Of a stretch of 64,000 nucleotides of DNA, positions 10,514-20,708 are shown one piece after another (position 1 is the stretch's first letter; every line of letters begins with the position of its first letter). The DNA lies in IMG/VR virus record IMGVR_UViG_3300032030_002018. One strand, given 5' to 3'. This stretch comes from a virus (Duplodnaviria; Caudoviricetes). The notes below the pieces were generated by a model. The model saw only the letters and a program-made list of their open reading frames with translations, had not been told where the DNA came from and did no database searches. The translations under genes were made by a program, and so were the position numbers.

Positions 10514-11074
10514 TTAATGATTATCCCAATATTGTTCGATAAACGATAACATATCAGATGTTGTTATCCCGTATTCTTTTAGTGCCTTTGGTATTTTTAC
10601 CATTGGCTTGTTGCATACTTTATTGATTGTTTCGATATCTTGATTTAATGATACTTGAAAAGACATATAACGCCATCCATTAATAGTTGTCTCAACAGCA
10701 GAGGCTATTTTAAATCCGTCAACCAAAACATCATTGTTGTCACATCTAACACTAGATAGATTATATATTTCCTTCAAATGGTTTGCAAAATCCTTGGTGA
10801 ATACATCGCCGTATGATTCTTTTCCTAGAGATTTGCGCTTGATATTTACAAAAATATTTCCACTTACACCTATTATACACCCACCGCCTTGCGGCATTTT
10901 TGCATATGGTATCCCATTTTCTTGACAATATTTAATGTTACACGAACCTTCCTCACAATATATAGCTTCTGTCCTGTTTAAAACAACAATAACAGTTTCT
11001 TCTTGTGGTGAATCAATAAATTCTTTTTCTTTTTTTAGGAATTCAACTTGTGATGTATATCGATTTGTTTCCAT
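10514..11074 (-). CDS. Lipoate-protein ligase A/BPL-fold catalytic domain protein
   Basis: GIPYAKMPQGGGCII..GNI resembles RRxSGGGAVYHDxGN; NDVLVDGFKIASA resembles NDxxxxGxKxxGxA. Start moved to METNRY (11074), behind ATATTTAT. Confidence 0.75.
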   Translation of the reverse strand: METNRYTSQVEFLKKEKEFIDSPQEETVIVVLNRTEAIYCEEGSCNIKYCQENGIPYAKMPQGGGCIIGVSGNIFVNIKRKSLGKESYGDVFTKDFANHLKEIYNLSSVRCDNNDVLVDGFKIASAVETTINGWRYMSFQVSLNQDIETINKVCNKPMVKIPKALKEYGITTSDMLSFIEQYWDNH

Positions 11075-11189
11075 AATATAATTCCAGTTTTTTGAATTTA
11101 ATAATAAATATCTAAATAAAACCATTTTGAACTTAAAATACTAATTTACTTTTGATTATTCTTTAATATTTTTTAAAGAAAGTTGATAT

Positions 11190-11924
11190 ATGTTGGAACT
11201 GAATAAGATATACAATATTGATGTGCTTGAAGGTTTGAAATCATTGGATGATAAATCCATTGACCTTATCATAACGTCTCCTCCTTATAACAAGAATGGT
11301 TTTAACAAGGTGAAAAAGAATAGAAAAGGGATATGGAATGGTTCGATTGACTACAATGGCGATACTATGAATGATTATATGGATGAGGAAGAGTATGAGA
11401 AATGGCAGATTGATATACTGAATGAATGTTTCAGGGTATTGAAGGACGACGGCAGTATGTTCTACAATCACAAGTTAAGGGTTAAGAATAATGAGGCTTC
11501 TTTCCCTCTTGATTGGATACACAAAAGCGATTTCATATTCAAGCAATTGATTATTTGGAATAGGACAGCAAGTCCAAATGTCAATTACTGTATGTATATA
11601 CCAGTTCACGAATATCTGTTTTGGCTGATAAAAAGGAATAAGAATCCAAGATTCAGAAGAGGTCAGGATATACCTTTCAAAACTGATGTATGGACACTTG
11701 TACCTGAGAAAAATACTGAACATCCTGCACCATTCCCAATTGAAATACCTGATAATATAATACCAAATGTAGCACAAGGAGAAAGAATAACAGTACTAGA
11801 CCCGTTTATGGGAAGTGGAACTGTGGCTGTATCAGCGATAAAAAATGGATGTGACTACATAGGATTTGAAAAATATCAAGAATATGTAGATATGGCTGAA
11901 AAAAGAATAAAAGAGATTAAATAG
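11190..11924 (+). CDS. Beta-class N4-C/N6-A DNA methyltransferase
   Basis: ITSPPY, HPAPFP, DPFMGSGT. Confidence 0.93.
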   Translation: MLELNKIYNIDVLEGLKSLDDKSIDLIITSPPYNKNGFNKVKKNRKGIWNGSIDYNGDTMNDYMDEEEYEKWQIDILNECFRVLKDDGSMFYNHKLRVKNNEASFPLDWIHKSDFIFKQLIIWNRTASPNVNYCMYIPVHEYLFWLIKRNKNPRFRRGQDIPFKTDVWTLVPEKNTEHPAPFPIEIPDNIIPNVAQGERITVLDPFMGSGTVAVSAIKNGCDYIGFEKYQEYVDMAEKRIKEIK

Positions 11925-11957
11925 AAAAAAAGCGTCCCATTAACGAGACGCTTTTTT
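11925..11957. terminator. Bidirectional intrinsic terminator
   Basis: AAAAAAAGCGTC...GACGCTTTTTT; stem related to the one at 9461. Confidence 0.8.
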
Positions 11958-11962
11958 GTTTA

Positions 11963-13156
11963 TTATGATATTGGCAAAATATAATTTGCGTATGAACTCC
12001 AATATTGTGCTGATTTATATGTTTCAACACTTCCTGAAGGCACATAAAACTTTCTACCAGATGCGTTGTCTTTAAACACATAGGTATCTTCTAATGTTGG
12101 CGGAGTCGTAGAGTAAATTGTCGCATTTAATAGATTTTCACAATAATCAAATGCTCTAGTTCCAATACTTGTAACTCCACTTCCGATTGTTACACTTATA
12201 AGACTACTACATCCATAGAATACATAAGCACCAATAAGTGCAACACTATCAGGTATGTTTATTGTTGTAAGACTATATCCAGAATAAAATGCACTTTCTC
12301 CAATACTTGTAACACTATTAGGTATTGTTATGCTTGTGAGACTTGAACAATCTTGGAATGCACTTTTTCCAATACTTGTAACACTATTAGGTATTGTTAT
12401 GCTTGTGAGTCTTGAACAATTTTGGAATACCTGATTTCCAATACTTGTAATACCGCTTCCAATATTAACGTTTGTAAGGCCTCTACAATAACCGAATGCA
12501 GAATTACCAATACTTGTAACACTATCTGGTATATTTATACTTGTAAGACCACTACAATTATAGAATGCACTTGTACCAATACTTGTAATACCGCTTCCTA
12601 ATGTTACACTTGTCAAACCACTACAATTACCGAATGTAGAATTACCAATACTTGTAACACTATTTGGTATATTTATACTTGTAAGACTTTTACAACCATT
12701 GAATGCACTACTTTCAATACTAGTAACACCACTTCCTAATGTTACACTTGTCAAACCACTACAATCTTGGAATGCACTTTCTCCAATACTTGTAACACTA
12801 TTTGGCATTTCGACTTTAGTTACAGTATTTGCAGAAAAAAAAGCATAGTTGCCAACAGTTGTAACATCATCAGCAAACGTTATTGTTCCAACACCATCCT
12901 CAAAGTCGTGTGAAGATATTGTTGTATTGAATGCATTAGTGTGCAACCCACTAGTTTTCTGCGATGTGGTTTCGTCTAATTTTGACGGTGCATAATATAT
13001 TATAACATTTGTTGGTACGACAGGTTCATCACCCTTTTTATTGAAATGTACTTCGTTTTCTGTTTCGCAGAGGCTCACGTTAGGTAGCACAGCTGTATCA
13101 CCTGTTATATAGGATTCATAATCCTGATGATTTAAGAATTTCTTTAAGTATTTCAT
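11963..13156 (-). CDS. BspA-type LRR_5 protein, copy 2
   Basis: About 10-11 repeats; N-terminal ~125 aa nearly identical to copy 1. Confidence 0.93.
   Translation of the reverse strand: MKYLKKFLNHQDYESYITGDTAVLPNVSLCETENEVHFNKKGDEPVVPTNVIIYYAPSKLDETTSQKTSGLHTNAFNTTISSHDFEDGVGTITFADDVTTVGNYAFFSANTVTKVEMPNSVTSIGESAFQDCSGLTSVTLGSGVTSIESSAFNGCKSLTSINIPNSVTSIGNSTFGNCSGLTSVTLGSGITSIGTSAFYNCSGLTSINIPDSVTSIGNSAFGYCRGLTNVNIGSGITSIGNQVFQNCSRLTSITIPNSVTSIGKSAFQDCSSLTSITIPNSVTSIGESAFYSGYSLTTINIPDSVALIGAYVFYGCSSLISVTIGSGVTSIGTRAFDYCENLLNATIYSTTPPTLEDTYVFKDNASGRKFYVPSGSVETYKSAQYWSSYANYILPIS
12150..12800 (-). repeat. 69-bp tandem repeat array encoding BspA LRRs (copy 2)
   Basis: CCAATACTTGTAA recurs at ~69-bp spacing. 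Confidence 0.85.
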
Positions 13157-13174
13157 TTTCTTATAATTAATTTT

Positions 13175-13615
13175 TTACATTATAACAATTTCATCGTGTT
13201 TGATTGTTGTATATATCACTGATACAGTAGTATTTCTTGACGGCATTGTTCCTTTTACAACAGCCATTGATGGTTTATAACCTTCTATGATTGGGGATGG
13301 TACAGTATATCCCTGTCCATATTGATAATCTCCGTTGTAAGGTTGAGCGGCTTTAGCACCATTCATATGTCGGTAATTAATCGTCAACTTATATGTGTTC
13401 TTTGTGTACATTACCGTAACTGTAACACTTCTTCTTGGCATAATGCCTTTCACCTTTGTCTTGGCTGAAGAATATCCGGCGACTGTTGGTGACATTACAT
13501 CATAAGAAGACCCATATTCGTATTCTCCTGTAAATGGGTCAATGAGCGGTTTTCCTGTTTCCGCATTGATGTAGTTTATTTTCAATTTGTAAGTTTTAAC
13601 ACTATTTTTTTCCAT
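13175..13615 (-). CDS. Two-repeat MucBP-like protein
   Basis: TYKLKINY...GEYEYGSSYDVMSPTVAGY...VTVMY and TYKLTINY...GDYQYGQGYTVPSPIIEGY...VSVIY. Start moved to MEKNSV (13615). Confidence 0.75.
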   Translation of the reverse strand: MEKNSVKTYKLKINYINAETGKPLIDPFTGEYEYGSSYDVMSPTVAGYSSAKTKVKGIMPRRSVTVTVMYTKNTYKLTINYRHMNGAKAAQPYNGDYQYGQGYTVPSPIIEGYKPSMAVVKGTMPSRNTTVSVIYTTIKHDEIVIM

Positions 13616-13709
13616 AATCTTTTTTTGTTTTTTCTTTATAAATATAATGATATTTTTGTTTTTTCTAATATCTGAATATTTATTGGGTGTAAATTTTTTC
13701 GTAAATATT

Positions 13710-16700
13710 ATGGATGAAATAAGATTGAGGAATATTGAGAATAATAGTGTTTTTTGTAAATACAATGTTGAAATATTGAATGACCCAAGTTGGATAAGTC
13801 TCGACCAAAATGAACACGTATCATACAGTAGTGTGACATCTGAAGATGTTCAGACTATAACTGTATATTGTGACAAGAACAATGAGATTGGTCCGAATGG
13901 TTTGATAAATGAGCGTCAAGCTACCATAAGGTTTGAACAGGTTGACAAGTGTTCAGAGAAATTCGATGTTCTTGTCAAACAGTCTGGCGCTACTATAATA
14001 AGCAAATACACAATCCTCAATGAGAATATGACAATGGGAATAGATTTCATTGAGGGAGGATACGGTGATGTATCAAAAAAGCGTGACACAGAGCCGGGTG
14101 GTACTGGCGAAGATGAGATGTGGTTGTCTTTTGATAATGACAATGTAAGCCATATCATTGAGGTGAAACCAAGATATGAGATAACATTGAGGGAGACATT
14201 ATATGCTGATTATGGCAATGGAACACAAGCTGAAGAGATACGTGTTGTTGGCGACACAACTTTTTCATACGACAAATGGGATGATTTCAACTATAGGTTG
14301 GAAGATATGAACAATGAGGGTCAGTACAAATATGAAACCCCATTGAAGCCTTGTGTTATACCAGAACATTTAAAAATGGATACGCCTAATATTAAATATA
14401 TTGGGTATGGAAGATATAAACTCTATTCAAAAGCTGACAGTAGAAATCCAAGTGCGTATGAAATGGGTGACAAGTCTTTCAGAATAATGGCACAGGTGTT
14501 GGAAGGAATAAGGTTCAGACTTGCTGAAAGATACCACTTACAGGCTTGTCCTGATAGTGGTGGAACTGATTGTGTGTCTTCAACAACAAAGATTGGGTGT
14601 GACGAAACTGCAATACTGTGTCTTGTTGATGAAAAACACGTTCAAAGCGTTAGTTATGAATTTTATTTCACAAGTGGTTCTGATGCTAATGTTCAGCCAG
14701 AAGGTGAAACAAACCATCCTATCACAATAGTTTCTAATAAGGTTGTTGACGGAGTTAAAACGCCATTATCCACAATAACAACCTCAATATCATCAAGTAA
14801 TATTGTAACATTGCATTATAATGGATATTCGGACAATGAATTCAAATATGCTTTTGATTGTTCAGAAAATCCGACAGATACAAATAGGGAAGTCACAATA
14901 ACATTCATACAAACTGACGGTGGTACTGATACAGGAAAGAATCCTTTGATATATACTGTAAGGCAAACATATACTGCTGAATATGTTTTCACAATGTCAA
15001 ATGTTGAGATACCTGCTGACAGATGTGGTGGTGTGAAGAATTACACTTATAATGTATATTGCAATAATAATATTATTGCAAGGAACATACCTAATACTGT
15101 TTATGTTACAAGAAATGATTCAACAATAACAAGGCGTTTTGACAACGCGTTATATTTCTTAAAGCCTTTGACGAAGGATAATCTTATTTCAACATTACCA
15201 AATAGAGATGCGATATGGGAAGCTGTTGTTGCGCAAAAATATGATAGATACGACAACATACACATAACACAAAGTGGTCTTTCTGATGTTGAAGACGAAT
15301 ACGAAAATGTCGAGTTTGTTATAGATTTAAAGAAACCGGAAGAAACAGTTAATTACATTTATCAGAATGATACCGATATAATTGGATATTTTGTATGTGA
15401 TAATGTTGATGAATGTATATCGAATTGCCTTGTTGACAATAGAACGGAAAAAATATATCCTGTAGTACGAGACGATAATTATAGAAAAGATGGTGCTGTA
15501 AAGGACGGCTCTCACGGCGCAATTGGTGTGGACGAAGGAAACATAAGGATGACAGGTGGAACTGGTTATTTAAGTATAATGTTTTTGAAAAGGGTTAGAA
15601 AGGGAGATAATTGGTATTTCTCGCTTCCCTCTATGACATTTGCAAATGAAAATGATGAAGACCGTATAACTATAACATATCCTGAGGTGTTTATTTCAAA
15701 GGGTAGTTTGGATTTCATAGAAACAGACCCTGAAGACAACCATATAAGATATGTGGTTAAGAATGATTATATAAAATCATACAACAATGATGATTTCTCA
15801 TATGATTATAAACTTGGAATATATGGAGAGAGATTTGTAAACCCAAACAAAGAATATATGTTCATTGTTGACTACAATCCTTCTGACAAATATGAGTCAC
15901 AGAATAGTAATGTTGATTTTTTGGAGCAAATGAAGGTACAAGGTAGAAAATTCTTCTCCATAACTAACGATGGGTGTTTTGAACTTTCTCTTTCGGTAAA
16001 TGCAAACTATTCAATTGAAAGCGATTTGAAACTTTCACCTTCTCAAATACAATCTGATAACAGTAAGACTTTATCCGCAAATTCTGGATATAACTATACT
16101 TTCTGGGAAGAAACATATAATAATGAATTTATAAGCGGTTCAACTCCTTGTCCAAGAGGTGTGGTAACAGTACCTAATATTTGGGGTATGCCTTATGAGG
16201 TAAAGGTATATGCTTGCATAAAGGAAGAAGACGATAATTCTGAATGGATGCAAGTAAGAATGGGTGACGACAATTACTCAATATGGCAAGACATTATGGG
16301 AAGTACATTTCCATTCACATCAGGTCATACATACGAGATAAGCATAAACGAGGGTGAGGTCAACAAACCTATAGTTGAATACTATTGCGTTAGTAAAACA
16401 CAGCCGTCAAGTAGTTCTCCTGATTGGCAAACAACAGCACCATCTCAACCTGTTTGGCAAGAAGGTATGGAACACGATGGAAAAATATGGTGGTGTTATA
16501 GTACTGTTGGCGATACTTCTTCCAAATATAATATAACTGAACTTTGTGATTGTTATATTGAAGACGGTGATAGATATGATAATTTTGTCGGTTTCTCCGG
16601 TAACAATTATTATATAATGTCAAGCAATAATACAACACCTCAAAGCGGAGATTCAAGATGGTCTGAAACAATACCTCCTATAACATCAACGAACAAATAC

Positions 16701-18746
16701 CTTTTCATTAGAAAAAGGGTTAGATATTATGAGGGCGGACCAAATTATAGGCACAGAACTAAAATAGTGGGAACTAACGAATTGGAATATACAAATCCAA
16801 TAACAACCTACTATTTAGCGTCATCACAGAATACGGGTATAACAACAGCGTCAACAGGTTGGAATGATAGCATACCGTCATCATTCAGTTTAAATAACAG
16901 ATACCTATGGAGTTATAATGAGATTGTATTCGGTGATGGAACAATAGAAAAAACCTATCCTACAATAATTACAGAATACACAAAACCTATCAGAGAAATA
17001 TCAATATATCTTCTTGCATCTGAATTAAGCGACGGAGTAACAACAGGTGATACAGGGTGGGTTAATAATACAATTCCATCCATATCTGAATCAACATCTT
17101 ATATATGGCAATATTGTAAAATAACATATAATGATTCTAAAACTGCCACAACTACACCATTTGTATCATTATACTTGGGCGGCGTGACAATTATGATGGA
17201 TTTGGCTAACGATTGGAAACATCCTTCATATCCAAGTGAACGTCTGAATGGAAATTTTGATGCTGTTATAACACCAATTAATAACACATTGTTAGGTAAA
17301 TTCATAGTATTTGAAAATGGAAAGAAAGGTTATTATGAAGAAACATACGATACATTATTTGACGCTGTAAATGTTAGAGGGAAAAATAGCGTTTTATCAA
17401 CATTCGTGCAAAGTCAATCTGATAATCAAACAATCGGAAGACCCGCAAATTTCAGCGAAAAATATTGGCATCATTATTTCAATTTGGGTGATAATAAAGT
17501 TAAAATGTTGTCAATTAAAAAGTTATCAACAAATGCATTTAATCCGTTGGTTTTTTCAAACAACACGTTCACAAGAAATAAGGAGATGAATTTCATAACC
17601 ACGAACGATACTGGCGCAACTGTATATTCTTATGAAAATGTATTTAATGGTAATACTATATATGATACAGGATTTGCTGCATTTGATGATGGTGAGGAAA
17701 AGGATTTCGGAAGCTTTCCTTATTCAGATTCAGCAACAGATGAAATAAAGATTAATATTGTGTCTGCCATTACTGGATATAAAGTTGATGGAAGTTATGC
17801 AGACCCGTATGAAAACCAATCAAATGAGGTGTATGCATTGAGCAGAAATGTAGCCGTTGTTGAGAATTATCCTGTTATGATTGTTGAATATCAGAATAAT
17901 ATTAATAAATCATCAATATTATTCAACAAGTCTCCATTATTTAATGAAGACAGTAATTATAGAACATTGAGATTTGATGTAAATTATGGCATAAGTGGGG
18001 CTATGTGGGCTGGTAATGTATGTAAATTACATATTGATAGAAACAACGGACAAGGTAAATTTGACCCAAATGCGCCTCAATTCCAACAAACAAAGGAAGT
18101 AGGGTTGTATTCCAGAAGTTGTGGTAACGTTAGAATTATTGCAAACACTTTCTTTAACAATAATACAGGTTCAAATAGAACCCCAAGAAGTATCATAATT
18201 GACAACTACAACGACAATGACAGGAAGGTCTCAATAGACAGTGGAGCATTTTCAGGACTTTCGGCATTAACCTATGTTGAAATAAAGGCTGACGTGTCAG
18301 ATAGAATTGGAGACAGTGTATTTAAAGGATGCACCGGTTTGTCAAATGTAATAATTAACAGTAATAACATTCCATCAAACACATTCTCAGGTTGTTCAAC
18401 ACTTGAATATGTTATACTTGGTCACGATGTGTTTGTTAATAAGTCTTATCAAGGTATTGATATAACTGAATATACTGGATATGTTAATTCAAACCTTACA
18501 GATGAAGAGGGCAGCATTGGTGAAAATGCATTCTATGGCTGTCCAAACCTTAAAACATTAGTGCTTGCTGTTAACAATAAGGTTTCATTTAATTCTGCAT
18601 CATTTGGAAATAGAAGTAATCTGAACAAGATAACAATATTGGTTCCGAAGAAGATACTAAATAAGTATAGCGGAAACGAATATAAGAACTTCAATATTGT
18701 TGGATTTGAGGAAACTTACTTCGGAGGTAGAAAAGAAACGCTTTAA
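13710..18746 (+). CDS. Large modular adhesin/tail fibre: BACON-like domains, four antireceptor-like repeats, C-terminal BspA-like LRR
   Basis: PSWISL...ERQATIRFEQ and ENPTDTNREVTITFIQ (BACON-like); YxxSxxxxxxxxxxxW...P....YLW repeats; IGDSVFKGCTGLSNV, IGENAFYGCPNLKTL. Start moved to MDEIRL (13710). Confidence 0.75.
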   Translation: MDEIRLRNIENNSVFCKYNVEILNDPSWISLDQNEHVSYSSVTSEDVQTITVYCDKNNEIGPNGLINERQATIRFEQVDKCSEKFDVLVKQSGATIISKYTILNENMTMGIDFIEGGYGDVSKKRDTEPGGTGEDEMWLSFDNDNVSHIIEVKPRYEITLRETLYADYGNGTQAEEIRVVGDTTFSYDKWDDFNYRLEDMNNEGQYKYETPLKPCVIPEHLKMDTPNIKYIGYGRYKLYSKADSRNPSAYEMGDKSFRIMAQVLEGIRFRLAERYHLQACPDSGGTDCVSSTTKIGCDETAILCLVDEKHVQSVSYEFYFTSGSDANVQPEGETNHPITIVSNKVVDGVKTPLSTITTSISSSNIVTLHYNGYSDNEFKYAFDCSENPTDTNREVTITFIQTDGGTDTGKNPLIYTVRQTYTAEYVFTMSNVEIPADRCGGVKNYTYNVYCNNNIIARNIPNTVYVTRNDSTITRRFDNALYFLKPLTKDNLISTLPNRDAIWEAVVAQKYDRYDNIHITQSGLSDVEDEYENVEFVIDLKKPEETVNYIYQNDTDIIGYFVCDNVDECISNCLVDNRTEKIYPVVRDDNYRKDGAVKDGSHGAIGVDEGNIRMTGGTGYLSIMFLKRVRKGDNWYFSLPSMTFANENDEDRITITYPEVFISKGSLDFIETDPEDNHIRYVVKNDYIKSYNNDDFSYDYKLGIYGERFVNPNKEYMFIVDYNPSDKYESQNSNVDFLEQMKVQGRKFFSITNDGCFELSLSVNANYSIESDLKLSPSQIQSDNSKTLSANSGYNYTFWEETYNNEFISGSTPCPRGVVTVPNIWGMPYEVKVYACIKEEDDNSEWMQVRMGDDNYSIWQDIMGSTFPFTSGHTYEISINEGEVNKPIVEYYCVSKTQPSSSSPDWQTTAPSQPVWQEGMEHDGKIWWCYSTVGDTSSKYNITELCDCYIEDGDRYDNFVGFSGNNYYIMSSNNTTPQSGDSRWSETIPPITSTNKYLFIRKRVRYYEGGPNYRHRTKIVGTNELEYTNPITTYYLASSQNTGITTASTGWNDSIPSSFSLNNRYLWSYNEIVFGDGTIEKTYPTIITEYTKPIREISIYLLASELSDGVTTGDTGWVNNTIPSISESTSYIWQYCKITYNDSKTATTTPFVSLYLGGVTIMMDLANDWKHPSYPSERLNGNFDAVITPINNTLLGKFIVFENGKKGYYEETYDTLFDAVNVRGKNSVLSTFVQSQSDNQTIGRPANFSEKYWHHYFNLGDNKVKMLSIKKLSTNAFNPLVFSNNTFTRNKEMNFITTNDTGATVYSYENVFNGNTIYDTGFAAFDDGEEKDFGSFPYSDSATDEIKINIVSAITGYKVDGSYADPYENQSNEVYALSRNVAVVENYPVMIVEYQNNINKSSILFNKSPLFNEDSNYRTLRFDVNYGISGAMWAGNVCKLHIDRNNGQGKFDPNAPQFQQTKEVGLYSRSCGNVRIIANTFFNNNTGSNRTPRSIIIDNYNDNDRKVSIDSGAFSGLSALTYVEIKADVSDRIGDSVFKGCTGLSNVIINSNNIPSNTFSGCSTLEYVILGHDVFVNKSYQGIDITEYTGYVNSNLTDEEGSIGENAFYGCPNLKTLVLAVNNKVSFNSASFGNRSNLNKITILVPKKILNKYSGNEYKNFNIVGFEETYFGGRKETL

Positions 18747-18785
18747 TCAGATATTTATAAAATAAAAAAATAAAATTTAAATAAA

Positions 18786-19115
18786 ATGGAAACATTAGCA
18801 TCTTTCTTTACAGAGAATTTTTGGGCAGCAGTATCACTCATAGCTGCAATCACAGTGCCTGTGGCATCTTTTATTAACACCAAGTTCGAACCATCCAAGA
18901 TATGGAAACAAGTTATTTCCTGGGGAGTTGGTTTCGTGCTTACAGTTGTATGCTACTTCCTTAATATGATTAACCTTGGAGAACCATTGTGGGTATCAAT
19001 ACTACTTACAGGTTTTGTTTCAGGGCTTTCATCTAACGGTCTGTACGATATACCAACAATTAAATCCAAAGTTAATAACTGGATGGTCATATTACTAAGA
19101 AAACAATTGAAATAA
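18786..19115 (+). CDS. Putative holin (3 TM)
   Basis: Three hydrophobic segments; GFVSGLSSNGLYD resembles the GLASxGLYD holin motif; behind ATATTTAT. Confidence 0.7.
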   Translation: METLASFFTENFWAAVSLIAAITVPVASFINTKFEPSKIWKQVISWGVGFVLTVVCYFLNMINLGEPLWVSILLTGFVSGLSSNGLYDIPTIKSKVNNWMVILLRKQLK

Positions 19116-19150
19116 AATGGAATTGAAACTAAATTTCTTATAAACAAATT

Positions 19151-19191
19151 GAATCCTGTCAGGAATGTAAAACTGACAGGATTCTCTTTTT
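19151..19191. terminator. Hairpin terminator
   Basis: GAATCCTGTCAG...CTGACAGGATTC followed by a T-tract. Confidence 0.75.
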
Positions 19192-19234
19192 CGGTAAAAT
19201 ACCGAAGGGTTACAAACTTAAAAAGTGAAAAAAA

Positions 19235-20284
19235 TTATTCAACCACACGAACCTCAACTACACGTTGTGATTCGGGTTTATCTGCGCCAAACCACTCGAC
19301 TTTTCTAATCTTAACTCCCTTGCTCCTCAAATAATCAGCAACAGCATTTGCACGTTTCTCTGATACTGCACGGTTGTACTTGCTATGAACATCCCTTTCA
19401 AATGATGCATAACCATTGATATCTACCACCTTATCTGTTCCACCAACAGCAGAAACAACCTCATCCAATCTATGAATAGCAAATGATGTCAATGTAGCAC
19501 CTCTCAATGTAAATGGGATGCTGAATACTCCATTATTCTCCTTTACAAATACCTTCTTTTCTACTGTCTTCTCAACAACCTTTGGTTTCTTTGCCAATTC
19601 TTCATTCAACCTTGTAATCCTGGCTTCATATTCGCCAATATCATATGCCTTGAAATTATGTGTACCATTGCTTGTCTTGAACTTGTGAATTAAACCAATT
19701 TGTACACCAAGTTGTGCATTACGCTTGTCCATCTTAATCTTTCCTCCATTGTCAAGACCCCACCATACACAAGGCTCAATTAAAAGGATATTAGCCTTAT
19801 TCTTTCCAAGATTGAACATAAAGTCAAGACCTGTTTTAGCAGTCAATAGATTGGTGTCCTTTGCGTCCTTATTGAATATGTGACCCCAACCAAGACCACC
19901 TGTCAATCCAAGTTCAAATGTACGAGGCTTTCCATTATATCCCGCCAATGCATTTGTGATGTTGAAAGTACCATTCAATCCAACATTCAATCCTCGGAAA
20001 GTGTAATGCTTCAACGCGTCAAACCTAAACTGTTCATCTGTTGCGCTTCCAAGCCATCCAGAACCTTCGACATTAACTCCAAAGATAGGTGTGAAATCCT
20101 TACCAAGCCTCAAACCAACTGTTGGGTTAACTGGGAATACACTGTTAAACGAAAGCGGTGTTGTAACACCATTTAACAAACCAATACTTGTGTTGTCAAA
20201 CAACTTTGCGGCTTCATAAGCCTTCTGTGCGTTAACGTTCACTGCAAGAACCGTTAACATAATCATCAAAATAAACTTTTTCAT
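19235..20284 (-). CDS. ompA: Bacteroidales-type OmpA family outer membrane protein (beta-barrel + OmpA_C)
   Basis: Signal peptide MKKFILMIMLTVLAVNVNA; GLRLGKDFTPIFG, YNGKPRTFE, GLIHKFKTSNGTH, GYASFE...NRAVSEKRANAVADYL. Confidence 0.9.
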   Translation of the reverse strand: MKKFILMIMLTVLAVNVNAQKAYEAAKLFDNTSIGLLNGVTTPLSFNSVFPVNPTVGLRLGKDFTPIFGVNVEGSGWLGSATDEQFRFDALKHYTFRGLNVGLNGTFNITNALAGYNGKPRTFELGLTGGLGWGHIFNKDAKDTNLLTAKTGLDFMFNLGKNKANILLIEPCVWWGLDNGGKIKMDKRNAQLGVQIGLIHKFKTSNGTHNFKAYDIGEYEARITRLNEELAKKPKVVEKTVEKKVFVKENNGVFSIPFTLRGATLTSFAIHRLDEVVSAVGGTDKVVDINGYASFERDVHSKYNRAVSEKRANAVADYLRSKGVKIRKVEWFGADKPESQRVVEVRVVE

Positions 20285-20321
20285 TTCTCTCTGTAAAAAT
20301 ATAAAATGTTTTAAAAAATTA

Positions 20322-20708
20322 TTACTCTTCAATATATCCAGTACTATTCGCTACGGCATATATACATTCGTGTGGAGTCCACCCAAATATATCTCCTTGA
20401 GTCGTTCCTATCTGAAACCAAGTTCCTTTATTCTCATCCTTAACTACATCAGTAACTCTGTGTATCATCATATGTCCGCTTATTGAACAGAATACAGCAT
20501 CACCATTCTTTACTTCCTTTGCAGCATTCTTCACTGGTACTAATTTGCAATATTCTCTATCAAACAATATAGGAAACATTGACATACCATCCTCAAACAT
20601 ACAACAAGGATTGTCTTCTTTAAGTTCTTCCATAACTTCGTTATAGTTATGGACAACTTTTATCCCTTCAATCCGCGAGGGTTTGCTTACTATTTTCAGA
20701 TTTAACAT
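20322..20708 (-). CDS. S24/S26 peptidase-like protein
   Basis: GMSMFPIL...GDAVF...IHRV (Ser/His dyad pattern). Confidence 0.7.
   Translation of the reverse strand: MLNLKIVSKPSRIEGIKVVHNYNEVMEELKEDNPCCMFEDGMSMFPILFDREYCKLVPVKNAAKEVKNGDAVFCSISGHMMIHRVTDVVKDENKGTWFQIGTTQGDIFGWTPHECIYAVANSTGYIEE

Noticed and set aside
9700-12800. CRISPR array suggested by regularly spaced CCAATACTTGTAAC
   Set aside because: The 69-bp period is in frame within BspA ORFs, and the intervening sequence is itself homologous coding repeat, not unique spacers.
9517-13156. DGR template/variable repeat relationship between the two BspA genes
   Set aside because: Both are full ORFs, differences include repeat number and are not obviously adenine-restricted, and no RT is present in the window.
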